Shown: piece after piece, positions 1-12,265 of the stretch
Numbering within the stretch: the first letter of the stretch is position 1
Layout: each line of letters begins with the position of its first letter
Source: Azolla caroliniana
Lineage: Eukaryota > Plantae > Polypodiophyta
Direction: 5' to 3'
Assembly (NCBI GenBank): GCA_043228905.1
Contig: JBHGNT010000013.1
Span: 15,252,001 to 15,316,000 of the forward strand
Length of the DNA stretch: 64,000 nt
Program-made: the position numbers and the translations under genes
The notes under the pieces: model-generated
Told to the model about the DNA's origin: nothing
The model's input: only the letters and a program-made list of their open reading frames with translations
Databases searched by the model: none

Positions 1-3000
1 AGGATGAAGGACAACGGTCAATAGTTCTGGAAAGATGAAGAAGTCTAATAAAAATGTTGGGCATAATGTATCTATGGAGAAGGTCACATCGACACATCCC
101 ATGCGGAATAAACCATGGGCTCGTCAAGAGGACTATCCAAAATAATTATCTTTTGATAATAAAGGTAATTTGTATGTTCCTTGGAATAAACGGAAATCGG
201 TGCCTCGTTCACATGAGGAGCCATCGGGGTCTATTTTTTTGCATTCCCATAGTAATTCATATGCAATCTTAGGGGATTTATTTCAGGATATGGCAGAAAC
301 ATTAGCAGTGAAGGAGAAGGAGATTTCTCGAATAAAAGGAAAAAATAAAGTATGAAGATCACCACATGGAATGTGGGGGGATTGTGTTCTAGATTTAGAA
401 TGCATGAGGTTTGGAGGATTGTTTTAAGTGAGCAATGGGATGTTTTATGTGCAGTAGAGCATAAAGATCATCGGAATGCTGGTTTAATTAGTCATTCTAA
501 GGGTTATACATTATGTTATGCCGGCAAGGTTCATGGGGATTATTCTGGGATTGTCATGTTTATAAGAGATAAATTTCACCCAAAAGTAATTGTTTCAGAT
601 GAATTTGGAAGATTTATTGTGGTAGAGATATGTTATGAAGGGCAAGCTATTTGGTTAGTTGGTGTGTATGCATCAAATGTTTCACAAGAACGAAAGTTGT
701 TATGGAGATCTCTAAACTCAGTGCTTCATAATGGTAGACCGGGTTTATTGATGGGAGATTTTAATGTTTGTTGTGAGACAGATCAAACAACATCTATCCA
801 CTCTATTATGGATGGACCAGAGGCTCAAGAATGGGGAGATTTTGAGACTGAAGTCATGTTAAGGGATGTATGGAAATGGATCAAGGGAGATGAACCTGGT
901 TATACCTTTCAATCGGCTCAATATAAGGATACTTGGAGTAGGTTGGATCGAATGTATGTAATACATATCGAAGGTTTTTTACTAGAGATTTTGGATATTT
1001 CAGTGTCTTATGGGTCAATTATATCAGATCATTTCCCATTAATTTTTGAGTTCAATCACCACTCAATTAGAGGTTTTCATGAGTTTTTAGTAAAACCACC
1101 GTTGATTTTTAATTCATCATTTTTGGATCATGAGGTCTTCCATGCCTATATGTGTCAATTGATTGATGCATTTGCCTATCGTGTTCAATTTGATGGGTAT
1201 GAAGCGTGGGAAGTATTTGTTGCAAATGTTCAGAGGTTAACTAGATATTATGGAATTCACCATGCTTTTAAAAGGAGAAAGAAATTAAGTCTCCTAGTTA
1301 ATTTGCTTGATAAATGCAACTCATTGTTAACTTATTGGCCAACGGATGTAGAGTTGATGGGATATCAAGAGGTATTAATTTCTGCGATGCATGACCTAAC
1401 GACAAAAAATTATGAACATGCTAGACTACATCGTCTAAGACAAGAAGTGGATGATGCTAATTGTCAATCACATAAGTTTTTCCATGACCTTCATGAATCA
1501 CATGCACGACATAATGTGGTAAGGTTAGAGGAAAATGGTATCATGTGTTCCGATCCTCAAGAAATTGTGAAGAAATGCATAGAATATTATACACAATTGT
1601 TGGATGTACAAGAGTGTATCGATGATAATGTTAAAAAGGATAGAGATGTATTTTTTAATGGAGTGAAAAATCATGTATCGCATGATGTGGCACAATCATT
1701 AGATGCTAATATTTTAGAGGATGAGGTGGAACATGTCATGTCACATCTTGCTAATGATAAGAGTCCTGGGTGGGATGGATTAACTCATGAACTCTTTAAG
1801 AAATATGTGATTAAGTTAAAGGGGCCTTTTACGATTTTATTTCAGAAGGTGTGGACATCAAGGGAAATGCCTCATTCTTGGAAGATTGGTTTGATCAAGC
1901 TTTTGCCGAAGGTGCCTTCTCCATCTTCCTTTGCTCAATGGAGACCTATTTCATTGATGGGGGGAATGTACAAGATTTTTGCAAAAGTGATGGCCAATAG
2001 GTTGCATAAGGTTTTACCTTCTATTATTCATAATGCTCAATATGGGTTTTTAGCAAAAAGAGACATTTTACATAATATTTTAAATGTTCAAATGGCAATT
2101 GACTATGCAAAGGAGTCTAAACAAGAATTAGTGTTGCTACAATTGGATATCGAGAAAGCCTATGATAATGTGGATTGGTTATTTATAAATCAATTGATGT
2201 CTCATATGGGTTTTGGTGATCGTATGTCTAAGTTGATATACACATTAGGGGAGGGTTCGGTTTCACATGTGATGTTTAATGGAGGAGTAACCCAACCGAT
2301 TTCTATTCGAAGGTCAGTTAGACAAGGATGCCCGGTAAGTCCTTTACTATTCACTATTGTGACACATCCTATTCTTGTTAAGTTACACAATATGGCTATG
2401 GGGGAAGAATTGCTTGGACTAAGGTTGCCATCAGGGAAGCCATGTATTGTTCAAGCTCTCGCAGATGACCATATTATGTTTTTGGCACCTAATCGGGAAA
2501 ATATTAGTAAGACAAGAGATGTGTGGGAATTGTTTTCAAATGCTTCGGGGTTGAGAATTAATATACATAAATCTGTCCTCATTTCATGTACAGAACAAGA
2601 TGTGTTAGGGTTGGGGTGGTCAGGAAGGATAGTACATCGTGGTATGATTTGTCGTCATCTTGGATATCCAATTGGGGTGGAAGTTTCTCATGTGAAACTT
2701 ATTGAGTGGGTATCCAAAAGGTAGGAGGATAAGTTTATGTATTGGAGGTCTAAATTTTGGCCTTTTCATGTACGACTTAAGGTGGTCCAATCGATTATAG
2801 TCTTTATGGTATCTTATTATCTTCCTTTGCTCCCATGGTCAAAGAAAGCTCTTGAAATGTTGTCACGCTCGATACGAATGTTGTTATGGAAAAGAAAAGG
2901 GAAAAGTGCCTTGTCATGGTTGGCATGGGATCATGTTTGTACTCCGAAGCGTCTTGGTGGGGCATCAATATTGAATCTATATGAGCATATGGTGGCTCGT

Positions 3001-4309
3001 CGATTTACTTTCATTCAATTCATGTTTGAAGGTGTACAACCTTGGACAGAAATGGTGGCATACTTTATAGAGAAGAACGGAATAAAGCTTGGAAACATGA
3101 AGGTTGAAGCGAATTGGTGGAATGTAATTAATTCTGACAGGGATGTCAAATGTACAGGGTCTATGATAGTTAATCATTTGTTGACATCTTGGCAAAGTAT
3201 GTTGGATTTTGTGGAATGGCATCCCCCACAAGAAAGGGGATGTGCCAATTCATTACAAATGGAGGTTTTGGCAACATCAAGGTTGTTGAGGTGGGAAGGT
3301 AAACAAATTCTTAACCTTCAATTTAATTGGATGGCTAGATTGGGTTTGGTAAGAGTTAGGGATGCTATGTTGGTTTCACAAAGAAGATTAATGGCTTTTC
3401 GAACAATAAGATCAACATTTCGTATTCCAAAAGGTTATAACTTTATTTGGGATAAGTTACAACAAATACTATCTTCGCATGAGCCAATTCTTGATTTAGA
3501 TGGGCGATCTCAAGAGCTTGATTGGAGGTTTGTTGGAAATAAGAGATTGACTATGATCTCAACGAATGTTGCTTATCACAAGTTGATTGACAAACATAAG
3601 TGGTTGGAAGAAAGGGTTATAAAGATATGGGGTTTTCATAAACCCATTACTTGGTGGTTTCATGTGATCAAGGCAAGTTGGTGTTCTCGATTGATGCTAC
3701 GAGCCAAGGTATTTATTTGGAGAGTTATGGTTGGAGCTTTACCATTAGGGGATGCATTAAAAAGAAGAAACATTACTAAAGGATTGTGTTTCTTTTGTTC
3801 GGTGGAATTGGAACATAGTAGGCATCGATTTATTTCATGCCCGATGGCAAGGACGGTTTGGAGGTGTATCAGTTTAGTGTGGATGTCTCTAACAGGAGTA
3901 AATCTATCTTCCTTCAGTTGGGTTTTTGCACATATGGAGAACAATGAACCGATGCCTCATTTTCAAATTATTTTTGAGTTCTTGAGGTATTGGGGGCTAT
4001 GGTTCAATTGGAATATGCGGAATGCCTTCATTTTTTATTCACAAGTTGGGGTGAGAAAATATGTTCTTAAGTTAAAAGGACTTCTTTTGTGGCAATTGAC
4101 AGTGCTAGAGAAGTCACAAAATCTCAACCAAGAAGAGAGAGAACTCTGCAAGGTCACATATCATCATATTCGCCATTTGAATTGGTGTGTAGGGTGGCAT
4201 TGAGTTTGGTGTCATAGTTTTCTTTAGATCCCTAGATAGAAGGGGTTCTATAGTTTGTTGTAAGTTAGTCATGGTGGTGTTTTTTCTTTCGTAATGAAAG
4301 CCATTATTT

Positions 4310-4312
<3 letters not shown>
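1..4312 (+). mobile_element. L1-clade LINE retrotransposon (5' end outside window): end of ORF1, ORF2 and short 3' UTR
   Basis: ORF2 has APE endonuclease, RT and zf-RVT motifs. The stop of an upstream ORF (170-355) overlaps the ORF2 start as ATGA (352-355). The 3' UTR runs into a (GA)n tract at ~4313. Confidence 0.92.
352..4203 (+). pseudogene. LINE ORF2 (endonuclease-reverse transcriptase-zinc finger), interrupted by one in-frame TAG at 2722-2724
   Basis: EN motifs ITTWNV, GDFN, SRLDR, SDH. RT motifs KSPGWDG, WRPISL, LDIEKAYD, VRQGCPVSP, LADD, HLGYP. C-terminal KVFIWR...CFFC...H...C (zf-RVT). ORFs 352-2724 and 2737-4203 are in the same frame. Confidence 0.9.

Positions 4313-4373
<61 letters not shown>
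4313..4373. repeat. (GA)n microsatellite at the LINE / gypsy-LTR junction
   Basis: About 30 perfect GA units seen directly. Confidence 0.98.
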
Positions 4374-4375
<2 letters not shown>

Positions 4376-6555
4376 ACAAACCGACAACACTTCGTCCTTC
4401 CAATTCCCGCGTCCTTCAAACAGATTCAAGCCTCCCCTTTTATAGCACAAGGGGAGACCGTTACATCGTGATCGGTGTCAGAGATTTCCCTCCCCTTTGA
4501 TTTCTTCCTGTGCGTGTGGGACTTTAAAGTACCTCATTAATCCCTACTACCTAGTACTTACTGTCCTATGCTATTTACACTATGTTTGTACATAATACTT
4601 GATTTGTGTGCATCGGTGCACACACCTGTTCACGTGCATTTGGCTCCGTTTCTCTTTATGGCCAGAATCCTTCACGACATCCACCCCCACCAAACCGCAC
4701 ATCCTCTGGCATGGGCCAAGTAGTGTAGCGGTGGAGATTCCGGTTCAACCTTTACTCATCTTCTCCCAATCTGTCGTCGGTCTCCATATTCGGTTCTGCT
4801 TCATGCCGCTTCTTAAAGGCCTTGATCCATTTACTCGCGAGCCTCATCTCGTCGAGCTTCGCAAGGTGGTATGTGCCATTGTTGTTCGCACTTGTCACCA
4901 CATAGGGCCCAAACCATCGTCGTGCGAATTTCCGAGTTGACCAGTGCTGATTGTCGAGGCTGCGGTCGTAGACCAGCACCTAGTCGCCCTCCTCAATCTT
5001 CCTCGGTTGGAGCTGGTGTGTCCTGTCAAACTGGGCTTTGTTCCTCTTCCTCGCTTCCTCCGTTCTTGTTGTCGCTCGCTCGATGTCTTTCGGTCTCCGC
5101 TTGAGGTGTCAGATCCGTGCTGCCAACAACTCCTCTCGGCTCATCTCCTCCGTCTAGTCGACCGCCAACCACGAAGTGATCGTCCTTTCCACCGGCATGA
5201 TCGGTTTCTGTCCGAACATAAGTTCGACTGGCATGTATTCGGTCACCGAGCTGTGCATAGTTCGGTTGGCCCAAAGCGCATAAGGAAGTAGTCTCGGCCA
5301 GTTCCCGACTCACCCGTCACACGTTCGCACCAATGCTTTCACAATCGGCCCATGTCCGCGCTCGACTTTCCCATTCGCCTCCGGATTGTACGTCGTGGTG
5401 AGGGAAAGCTTTACGCCTAATTGGTCAAACAACTCCTCAACTTCTTGCGCATCCAGCTCCCCTCCGTCGGCCACGATCTTACCCACGCACCCGTATCGGC
5501 AGACGACATCCTCTATTAGGAACTTGCATAAGACCGCGGTTGTCTTGTTCGTCAATGCTCGGCATTCCACCTGGTTCGTCAGATCTTCCCTTGCTAGCAC
5601 TAGGTATCGCATCTGCCCTACTCCCATTGGCATCGTCACCAAGTCGACCATCCACTTGAAGTGTATGGTTGGCGGGTAAGTCGGGTGCAACTCGTCGCGG
5701 TGTCGGATCACTGAGTACATCTGGCAGCTTTCACACGTCGACACGAAGTGGTGCACGTCCTTATACATTCCCAGCCACCAATACTTCTCTTTCACCTTCT
5801 TGAATGTGGCCCATGTCCCTCGATGTCCGGACCAAGGACTCTCGTGGAACTCCGTCATCAACACCAATTGGTCTTCTTCCCGCATCACCACCCGGAGTGG
5901 TGCGTCGTTCCGCTTCTTTTGATGCCGTCACATTTTCCCACCTCGTAGGAAGAATTTGTAAGCTTTCTTCTAGTCGACTCGCTTCTTCTTTCGCCCACGA
6001 CGCATCCATCATCATCGTGCTCAGGAATCTTCCAATCATAAGCCACTCCCCATCGTAGTCATCCTCGTCAAACTCGTCGAGGGCCGGAGTGCTCCGTTTG
6101 TTCGCCGACATCCGACCTGACTCAAAGAAATCCACGCCGATTTCTTCGTCTTCCGACACCATGTTGTCCTCGTCTTGGAACCATGCTTTTGAGAGCATAT
6201 CGGCCATGGTGTTGTCCTTTCTGGAGATATGTCGTATCTCCGGATTCAAGGACTTGATGTAGCGATCCACCTGAGCATTGCCAAGTCCGGAGTCGCGCAT
6301 GCGGAAACCATACCGAGGATCGGCAGGCAGTCTATCTCGATTATTACTTCCATCCCGATCAAGTTCGTGTTTAACCTGGGCATATCCTTGCTGCCGCTCA
6401 CTCAGCACCTTCACACCGAACCAGATGGGGAACCATGTGTCGTCCTCGTCTTCCTGATTAACCACCCACCCGATTCCAGTCGGACTCGTATACACCGTTA
6501 CGTAAACCGGAGTTTCCGCCTTGTATACCGCTTTCCGGAGAGTCAGTGCCGCCAA
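4313..6555 (-). mobile_element. Decayed Ty3/gypsy fragment (RNase H-integrase remnant plus partial 3' LTR ending at 4679), related to the 21826-28993 element
   Basis: Frameshifted ORFs 5761-6555, 5310-5891 and 4752-4979 match the pol of 22618-26001 (HRGTWATF, FKWMVDLVTMPMGVGQMRYLVLAREDLTNQVE, RKFARRWFGPY). LTR terminus TTCACGACA at 4671-4679 is followed by a PPT complement (TCCACCCCCACC). Confidence 0.9.
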
Positions 6556-7769
6556 CTTGCTCTTGAATGAAGCGATAGTGCACTTCGATATGCTTTGTGC
6601 GTGCGTGGAACACCGGGGTTCGAGCCAAAAAAATAGTGCTCATGTTGTGGTAGTAAAGGGGAATCGGATCTTTGATAGGAACGTCCAGATCCTTCAATAT
6701 ACTCTAGAGCCATATGACTTCACATGTAGCTACGACTGCAACCCTGTATTCGGCCTCCGTGCTAAAAAATGCGACGGTAGGCTGTTTCTTACTACTCCAA
6801 GATATTGTTCCATTGCCGAGTGAGAAGACAAATCCATAGGTCAATCGTCGATCGGCTTTGTAGTCGGCCCAATCGGCATCTGTGTACCCTTCGAGTTGAA
6901 ATGGTGTGGCCGATTCGTAGAGAATATCACAATCCATTGTGCCGCTCACATATTGTAATACTCATTTAGCAGAATCCAAATGGATATCACGTGGAGTTTG
7001 CATGAATTGGCTAAGGAGGCCGACCGGATAGCTGAGGTCGGATCAAGTGATCGTGAGATCGATGAGACTCCCAATTAGTTGTCGATACTAAGTCGGCTCC
7101 CACTCGTCTGTGTTGGAGTTAGTGCTTGAGGTTTCGAGATGCCATAGATTTGCACTCAATCATCCTGAACCTGTATAACAAGTTGAGGATGTACTGTTGT
7201 TGAGAGATCATAATGCCGGTTGGACTCCGAATTACCTCGATGCCAAGGAAGTAATGGAGCTCCTTCATGTCCATCATCTCGAATTTGATGGAGAGGAGGG
7301 ACTTCACCCAATGTTGATGTCGACTAAACTTTCACCTCCAATGACCAAATCATCCACATATAGGATGATGACAATCAGGCTTTTAGAGTCATTTCGTACG
7401 TAGAGGGAGTTGTCGGATTTCGACATTCGAAAGCCGATTCGATGAAGATATTGTGTTCTCATCGAGTGCCAAGCACGCGATGCTTGATTAAGGCCGTAGA
7501 GTGGCTTCTTCAGCGGGCAAACTGCTTTCGGATGGATGGTTAATTCGAAGCCGGGTGGTTGTACCATGTACACCTCCTCTTCTAATTCGCCTTGAAAGAA
7601 GGCATTCTTTACGTCCATTTGATGGAATTGCCACCCTTTCACCGCTCCAAGTGCAATTACGGTCCGCACAAGCGTCATCTTTTCCACCAGGGCAAAGGTT
7701 CTTCATAGTCGACTCCATGTGTTTGTGCGTATCCTTTCCCTGCGAGTCGAGCTTTGTAGCGGTTGACGG

Positions 7770-8889
7770 TGTAGCGAAGATTCCGGGCCATGGTGAGAAA
7801 TTGGGGAATATCGGAAGAATCGGCGAGGTGGAGCATGTGCACTCACCCTTGTACAAATGGTGTAGGTAATGGGGGGTGCCTTGCGCCGGGTAGGAGTTAA
7901 TTTGGGACAGAGAATCCCATGTAAATCGGGATTTATCCCACATAGTCACACAACCCTCACCTTGTTCTATAAAAGGGAGGTCGCGCCCCTTGTGAAGGGG
8001 TTCCCATTCGTGGGTTCCATTTTGGTGTTAATAAACATCTGTGTATAACGTCGATTTCTGTCTTCTCTTCATCTTGGGGTGTGTTGCCTCTATTCTCTGT
8101 TAGGGTTTCAATGTCATCTGTGTGCGTGCGTAGGCGGTGTGTTCGGTTGTGGCTGACAACGTGCAGACTGTTTGCACCATTCTTGAGTTCCTGCTTGTTG
8201 GTTCTCAGCACTCCACGGTCCGGTATGTCTATGTGTGTGTAGATGTTGGCTTCTGTCACTTGTGTCGAGCCTGCAAGCTAGGTGGTTCGTTGGTAGGTTT
8301 CCCTCCTTGGCGCGCAAGACCCAACTTGAGTCAGCGAGCCCATGCGCTCCCTGTAGGCGGCTTGGCGACAGGAGGTGGTCGTTCTTGAAGAGGCGTGCCC
8401 TGCACAACGGTCCCGTCACGCGAACGAGCCTAGGAGCTCCCCGACCGGCCCTAGGATGCAAGCTCCCTCTTCCTCTCTGTGTGGAACTGGTGTCGCAACG
8501 AGCGTCGCGTATGTATGTGTGTGTGTGTGTGTTTCCAGTTAGGGTAGGCTCCGAAAGCGGGTGCGTGCGTAGTCGCCGGTGTAGAGGTGCCGGTTGTAGC
8601 TGGGTGTGTATATGTGTGTGCGCGTGTGCGCGAGCGCGGTTAACCAGGCCGTGTCCCGTGCCTCTTTTGGGCCCCTTGTACATACGGGCAGAAGGGGCGG
8701 CAAGGATGAGGGCGTGCTCTCTCACTTCCCGTGCAATTACTGGTCGCGTCCAGAGAGTATCCGAGATCGAACCGGCCGGCAATCCGGCAAGCTCTAGAGG
8801 ATTCGGGTCCCCGACAACTCCTCCCCTCCTGGTCCATGACCCCGGTGGTCCTGCCCGTATCTGACATGCAAGCGCGAATTATCACGACA
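7770..8889 (+). repeat. 5' LTR of the non-autonomous element
   Basis: TG...CA ends, TATA-like CTATAAAAGGG at ~7967, internal (TG)n tracts, homologous to 12266-13384. Confidence 0.9.
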
Positions 8890-8893
8890 TCTT

Positions 8894-8911
8894 TGGTGAA
8901 CCCAACATGAA
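8894..8911 (+). promoter_or_regulatory. Primer-binding site, tRNA-Trp type (decayed)
   Basis: TGGTGAACCCAACATGAA versus TGGTGAACCCGACGTGAA in the intact gypsy; both differences are CpG>CpA. Confidence 0.8.
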
Positions 8912-9149
8912 GGGCGGCAAGGGAGGATGGAGTTTGAGAAGTGGCGCATTGAGATGGGCGAGGTCGAAGAAGTCGACCGTTACGGCGGGGACCGAGTCCC
9001 ACGAGTTCCGTCGAAGGCTCGACCGTCCAACATAAAGAGGAGGAGCTCCGAGTAGCTCAAAGAGCGTGATCACCTAGAAGCGAAACGAAGGTGGCATGCG
9101 ACGGCACGACATCACATCAGGAAGGGGGCACGCAGACAAGACAGACGTG

Positions 9150-11880
9150 GTCGAGCCGGAAGCCAAGCGGGGCACGACGGTGCCGACACGGAAGAGGGTG
9201 CGGGATGAGCCACCCTCTTTTACATGGGGAGAAAGACTGACCGGGCGAAGGTCGGGAAACGGGAAGAAGATGATCGAGGGTACGAAACGAGTCCGGCGGG
9301 ATCGACATCGCAGCCGAAACTCCGGACATTGGAGAATCAAGCCCAGGCGGGGCTTGATCGATCATAGAGCGGATGCTATCCACCGACACCACTAAAAGGT
9401 TCGGTGGCCTTGGACGAGTCGTCGGGAGTCATTTCGGAATCGGTATCCCCACATCTCATCTGGAGACTTCGGCAGCCGGCAACGAGGCTGGTGTGAGACC
9501 TAGAGAGATGGAAGATGGAGGCAAGAGCACAACAAGGAGAGCGACGACGAGTTTGGGAGAAGCACAAGGGAGGTGGCAGAGAAAGGAAGACCAATCCTAT
9601 GGGTCGTCTCACACCTGACTCTAGACTTCGGCAGTTAGCATCAGATCCGACGTAAGACCAAGATACTAATAGTGGCGGCATGAGAACGGGACCCGACAAT
9701 CTAGAGAGTGACGGGCGAACCCGGACGAGAATCGGGCGGAGCAGACTTCCGGATAACCGATCCGGAAGGGAGGAAGAGGTAGGCCTACAGGGAGGCCGGA
9801 ACATGGTACATCAGTACCACGGGAGAGGGTGTGGAGCGAGCCACCCTCTCGACATGCGGGGAGAAGGATGACACGGGATGACCCGGGACAAGGTCGGGAA
9901 GACAAATCGGGGGACCGAGGAGGATCCTTCACACCGGATCTGGAGACTTCGACAGTCGGCAATGGAGCCGACTTAAGACCAAGAGACTGACGGTGGCGGT
10001 GAGGGGATGAGGGCGAAACGACAAAGGGGAGATCCCACGAAGACGCTCACACCGATCCGGAGACTTCGGCAGCTGGCTATGAGAGCCGGCGTGAGACCTA
10101 AAGAGATGGACGGTGGAGGCAGGTGAACGGGATCCCAAGCTACGACGTAGGAGTGTGGATGGGCGATCCTACGACGATCCTCACACCGATCTGTAGACTC
10201 CGACGGTCAACCCGAGAGCTGGTGTGAGACCTAGCGAGATGGACGGTGGCGGTAGGTGAACAAGATCAAGCAGAGGGGCCTAATCGGAGGGCATACGCGG
10301 CGGGAAGCGGAGGAACGAAGACCGGTCCTATGGGTCACCTCACACCGGGCCAGAGACTTCGGCGGTCAGCATCAGATCCAACGTAAGACCAAGATACTGA
10401 TGGTGGTAGTAGAAGAATAGGACCTAACAATCCAGAGAGTGACGGACGGACCCGGACGAGAACCGGGCGGAGCGGACTTCCGGATAATCGATCCAAAAGG
10501 GACGAGGAAGCAGGCCTACGGAGAGGGTATGGAGCGAGTCACCCTCTCGACTTGCGGAGAAGGAAGACCCGGGATAGGGTCGGAAAGACGAGAGGCCCAA
10601 GGAGGATCCTTCACACCGGATCTAGAGACTTCGGCAATCGGCAGCGAAGTCGACGTAAGACCAAGAGACTGACGGTGGCGGGGAGGGGACAAGGGCAAAG
10701 GGAGCGATGGGGCGGTCCTACGACGATCCTCATACCAGGCTAGAAACTTCGGTTATTGGCATCAAATCCGACGTAAGAACAACATAACGACGGTGGCAGC
10801 AAGAGAACGTGATCGGACGACGGAAAGCGGAACGCAGAGCGAAAAGAGGTATGAAGCTGGCGAGGCGGCCACGAACCGTATACGAACCCGACCGGCAGAG
10901 TTAGCAAGACAAAGATCGGACACGCTTGGTACATGAGTTGGTGACCCAACAAATCAGAGGCCCAAGAAGGATCCTTCACACCTGTCTGGAGACCCTGGTA
11001 GTTCGTCCAACATGGCAATGTGAGACCGAGGGTAATGGAAGGTGGCGGCAACGGGACGAAGGTGGCAACAGTAGAAGCACCGAATAGCTGAGGCGTCACG
11101 CGAATGAAGGAGGCCATGTGGGCCGGAACGCGGCAAGGGTGATCTTTTGGTGAGCTGCCGGGGACACCCGGTCAAGGAGCGGTGTGCCGAGCCGAAAAGG
11201 GCACACCCGAAAGCGGATCGGAAGACGTGCGTGTGGCCATTGAGGGTCAAAGCAAAGCACGTCTACGAGACGACGTTTGGCACAAGCGGTGCCGAACAAG
11301 GAAGGCAGAAGACGGCACACGGCGGTGCCAGGAACGAGAGCACAGGCGTGTAACAGACTACATGGATTGGAGACCGGAAATAGGATAGAGGGCCGGAGAA
11401 GGATCCTCCACACCCGCTTCGGAGATCTCGGTGGCTCAGTTGGAGTGGGAACGACTGGTGTGGTAGGCCAAACCCAAGGTAACAAGCTGGTGGGGGCAAG
11501 GGGACGACGCCAAGCGGAAGGCTCCGAACCGGTGGCAGCAACGCAAGTCGAAAGTGGCCAAGCGAGCTACTACGGGGGTGTTCCTCGTATGCCGAGGACA
11601 CTTGTGTGCGGAGAAGCGGCAATGCACGATCTGGCCGGGCGAGGGCCGATGACGCATGCATGGGAAGTAACCGGAGTTCGGCGTGGGCGGTGCCGAATAG
11701 GAGCAAGGGATGCGCGGCACACGGAGGTGCCAGAGCGGGAATACAAGCGCAAAGATGGGATTGCCGGTCCAGGTGATCTCGCGTAAAAGGCCGGAGAGGG
11801 ATCCTCCACACTGGTTCCGGAGACCTTGGCGGTACGGTCGTCGTGGCAACGTAAGACCAAGGAGAAGGTAGGTGGCGTCG
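9150..11880 (+). repeat. Array of ~11 copies of a ~75-nt motif with variable, partly homologous spacers
   Basis: Consensus roughly GATCC(T)TCACACC..TCTGGAGACTTCGGCAG..GGC......GCCGACGTRAGACC.AGAGA.(T/G)GACGGTGGCGG, at ~9446, 9604, 9922, 10042, 10175, 10334, 10604, 10724, 10969, 11401 and 11800. Confidence 0.85.
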
Positions 11881-12265
11881 AGGTGATGAAGGCGGTGGAG
11901 ATCAGTGCGGAACGAGAATCGGGACGACGAGAAGGTTGACGGAGGCCAAGCGGGCCATCATGGGTGCTCCTCGGACGGATGACATCGCATGTTCGAAGGA
12001 ACAAGAAGCGTGCATGAGGTCGAAAGAAGGGCCAACCGGGAGGCATGCACACTACAGATCACTGTGGATGACTTATCCATGGGTCGAATAAGCCTACGGG
12101 GAGGCAAACGCGGAGAAGGAATCGGAGCCGATGGTTCGGACCGGCGAGGCCAATGCGGCAACTGGAATGCTAATTACGGAAGACCGATTCCTCACCGGCC
12201 AGAATCTCTCACCCTTCTCCGAACTTGGCACGTATTGGTGGACGTGCGGTTTGGTAGGGGGCGGA

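Noticed and set aside
4114-4500. ORFs with SLSLSL / ERERER runs
   Set aside because: Translations of the (GA)n microsatellite; the same applies at 17462-17894 and 30112-30512.
9446-10800. Hammerhead ribozyme (retrozyme) in the repeat units
   Set aside because: No canonical CUGANGA...GAAA core on either strand; the minus-strand CTG(C/T)CGA...GAAG is only a loose resemblance.
9150-11880. CRISPR-like repeat-spacer array
   Set aside because: Eukaryotic context, long degenerate repeats, spacers very unequal in length and homologous to each other, and no cas genes.
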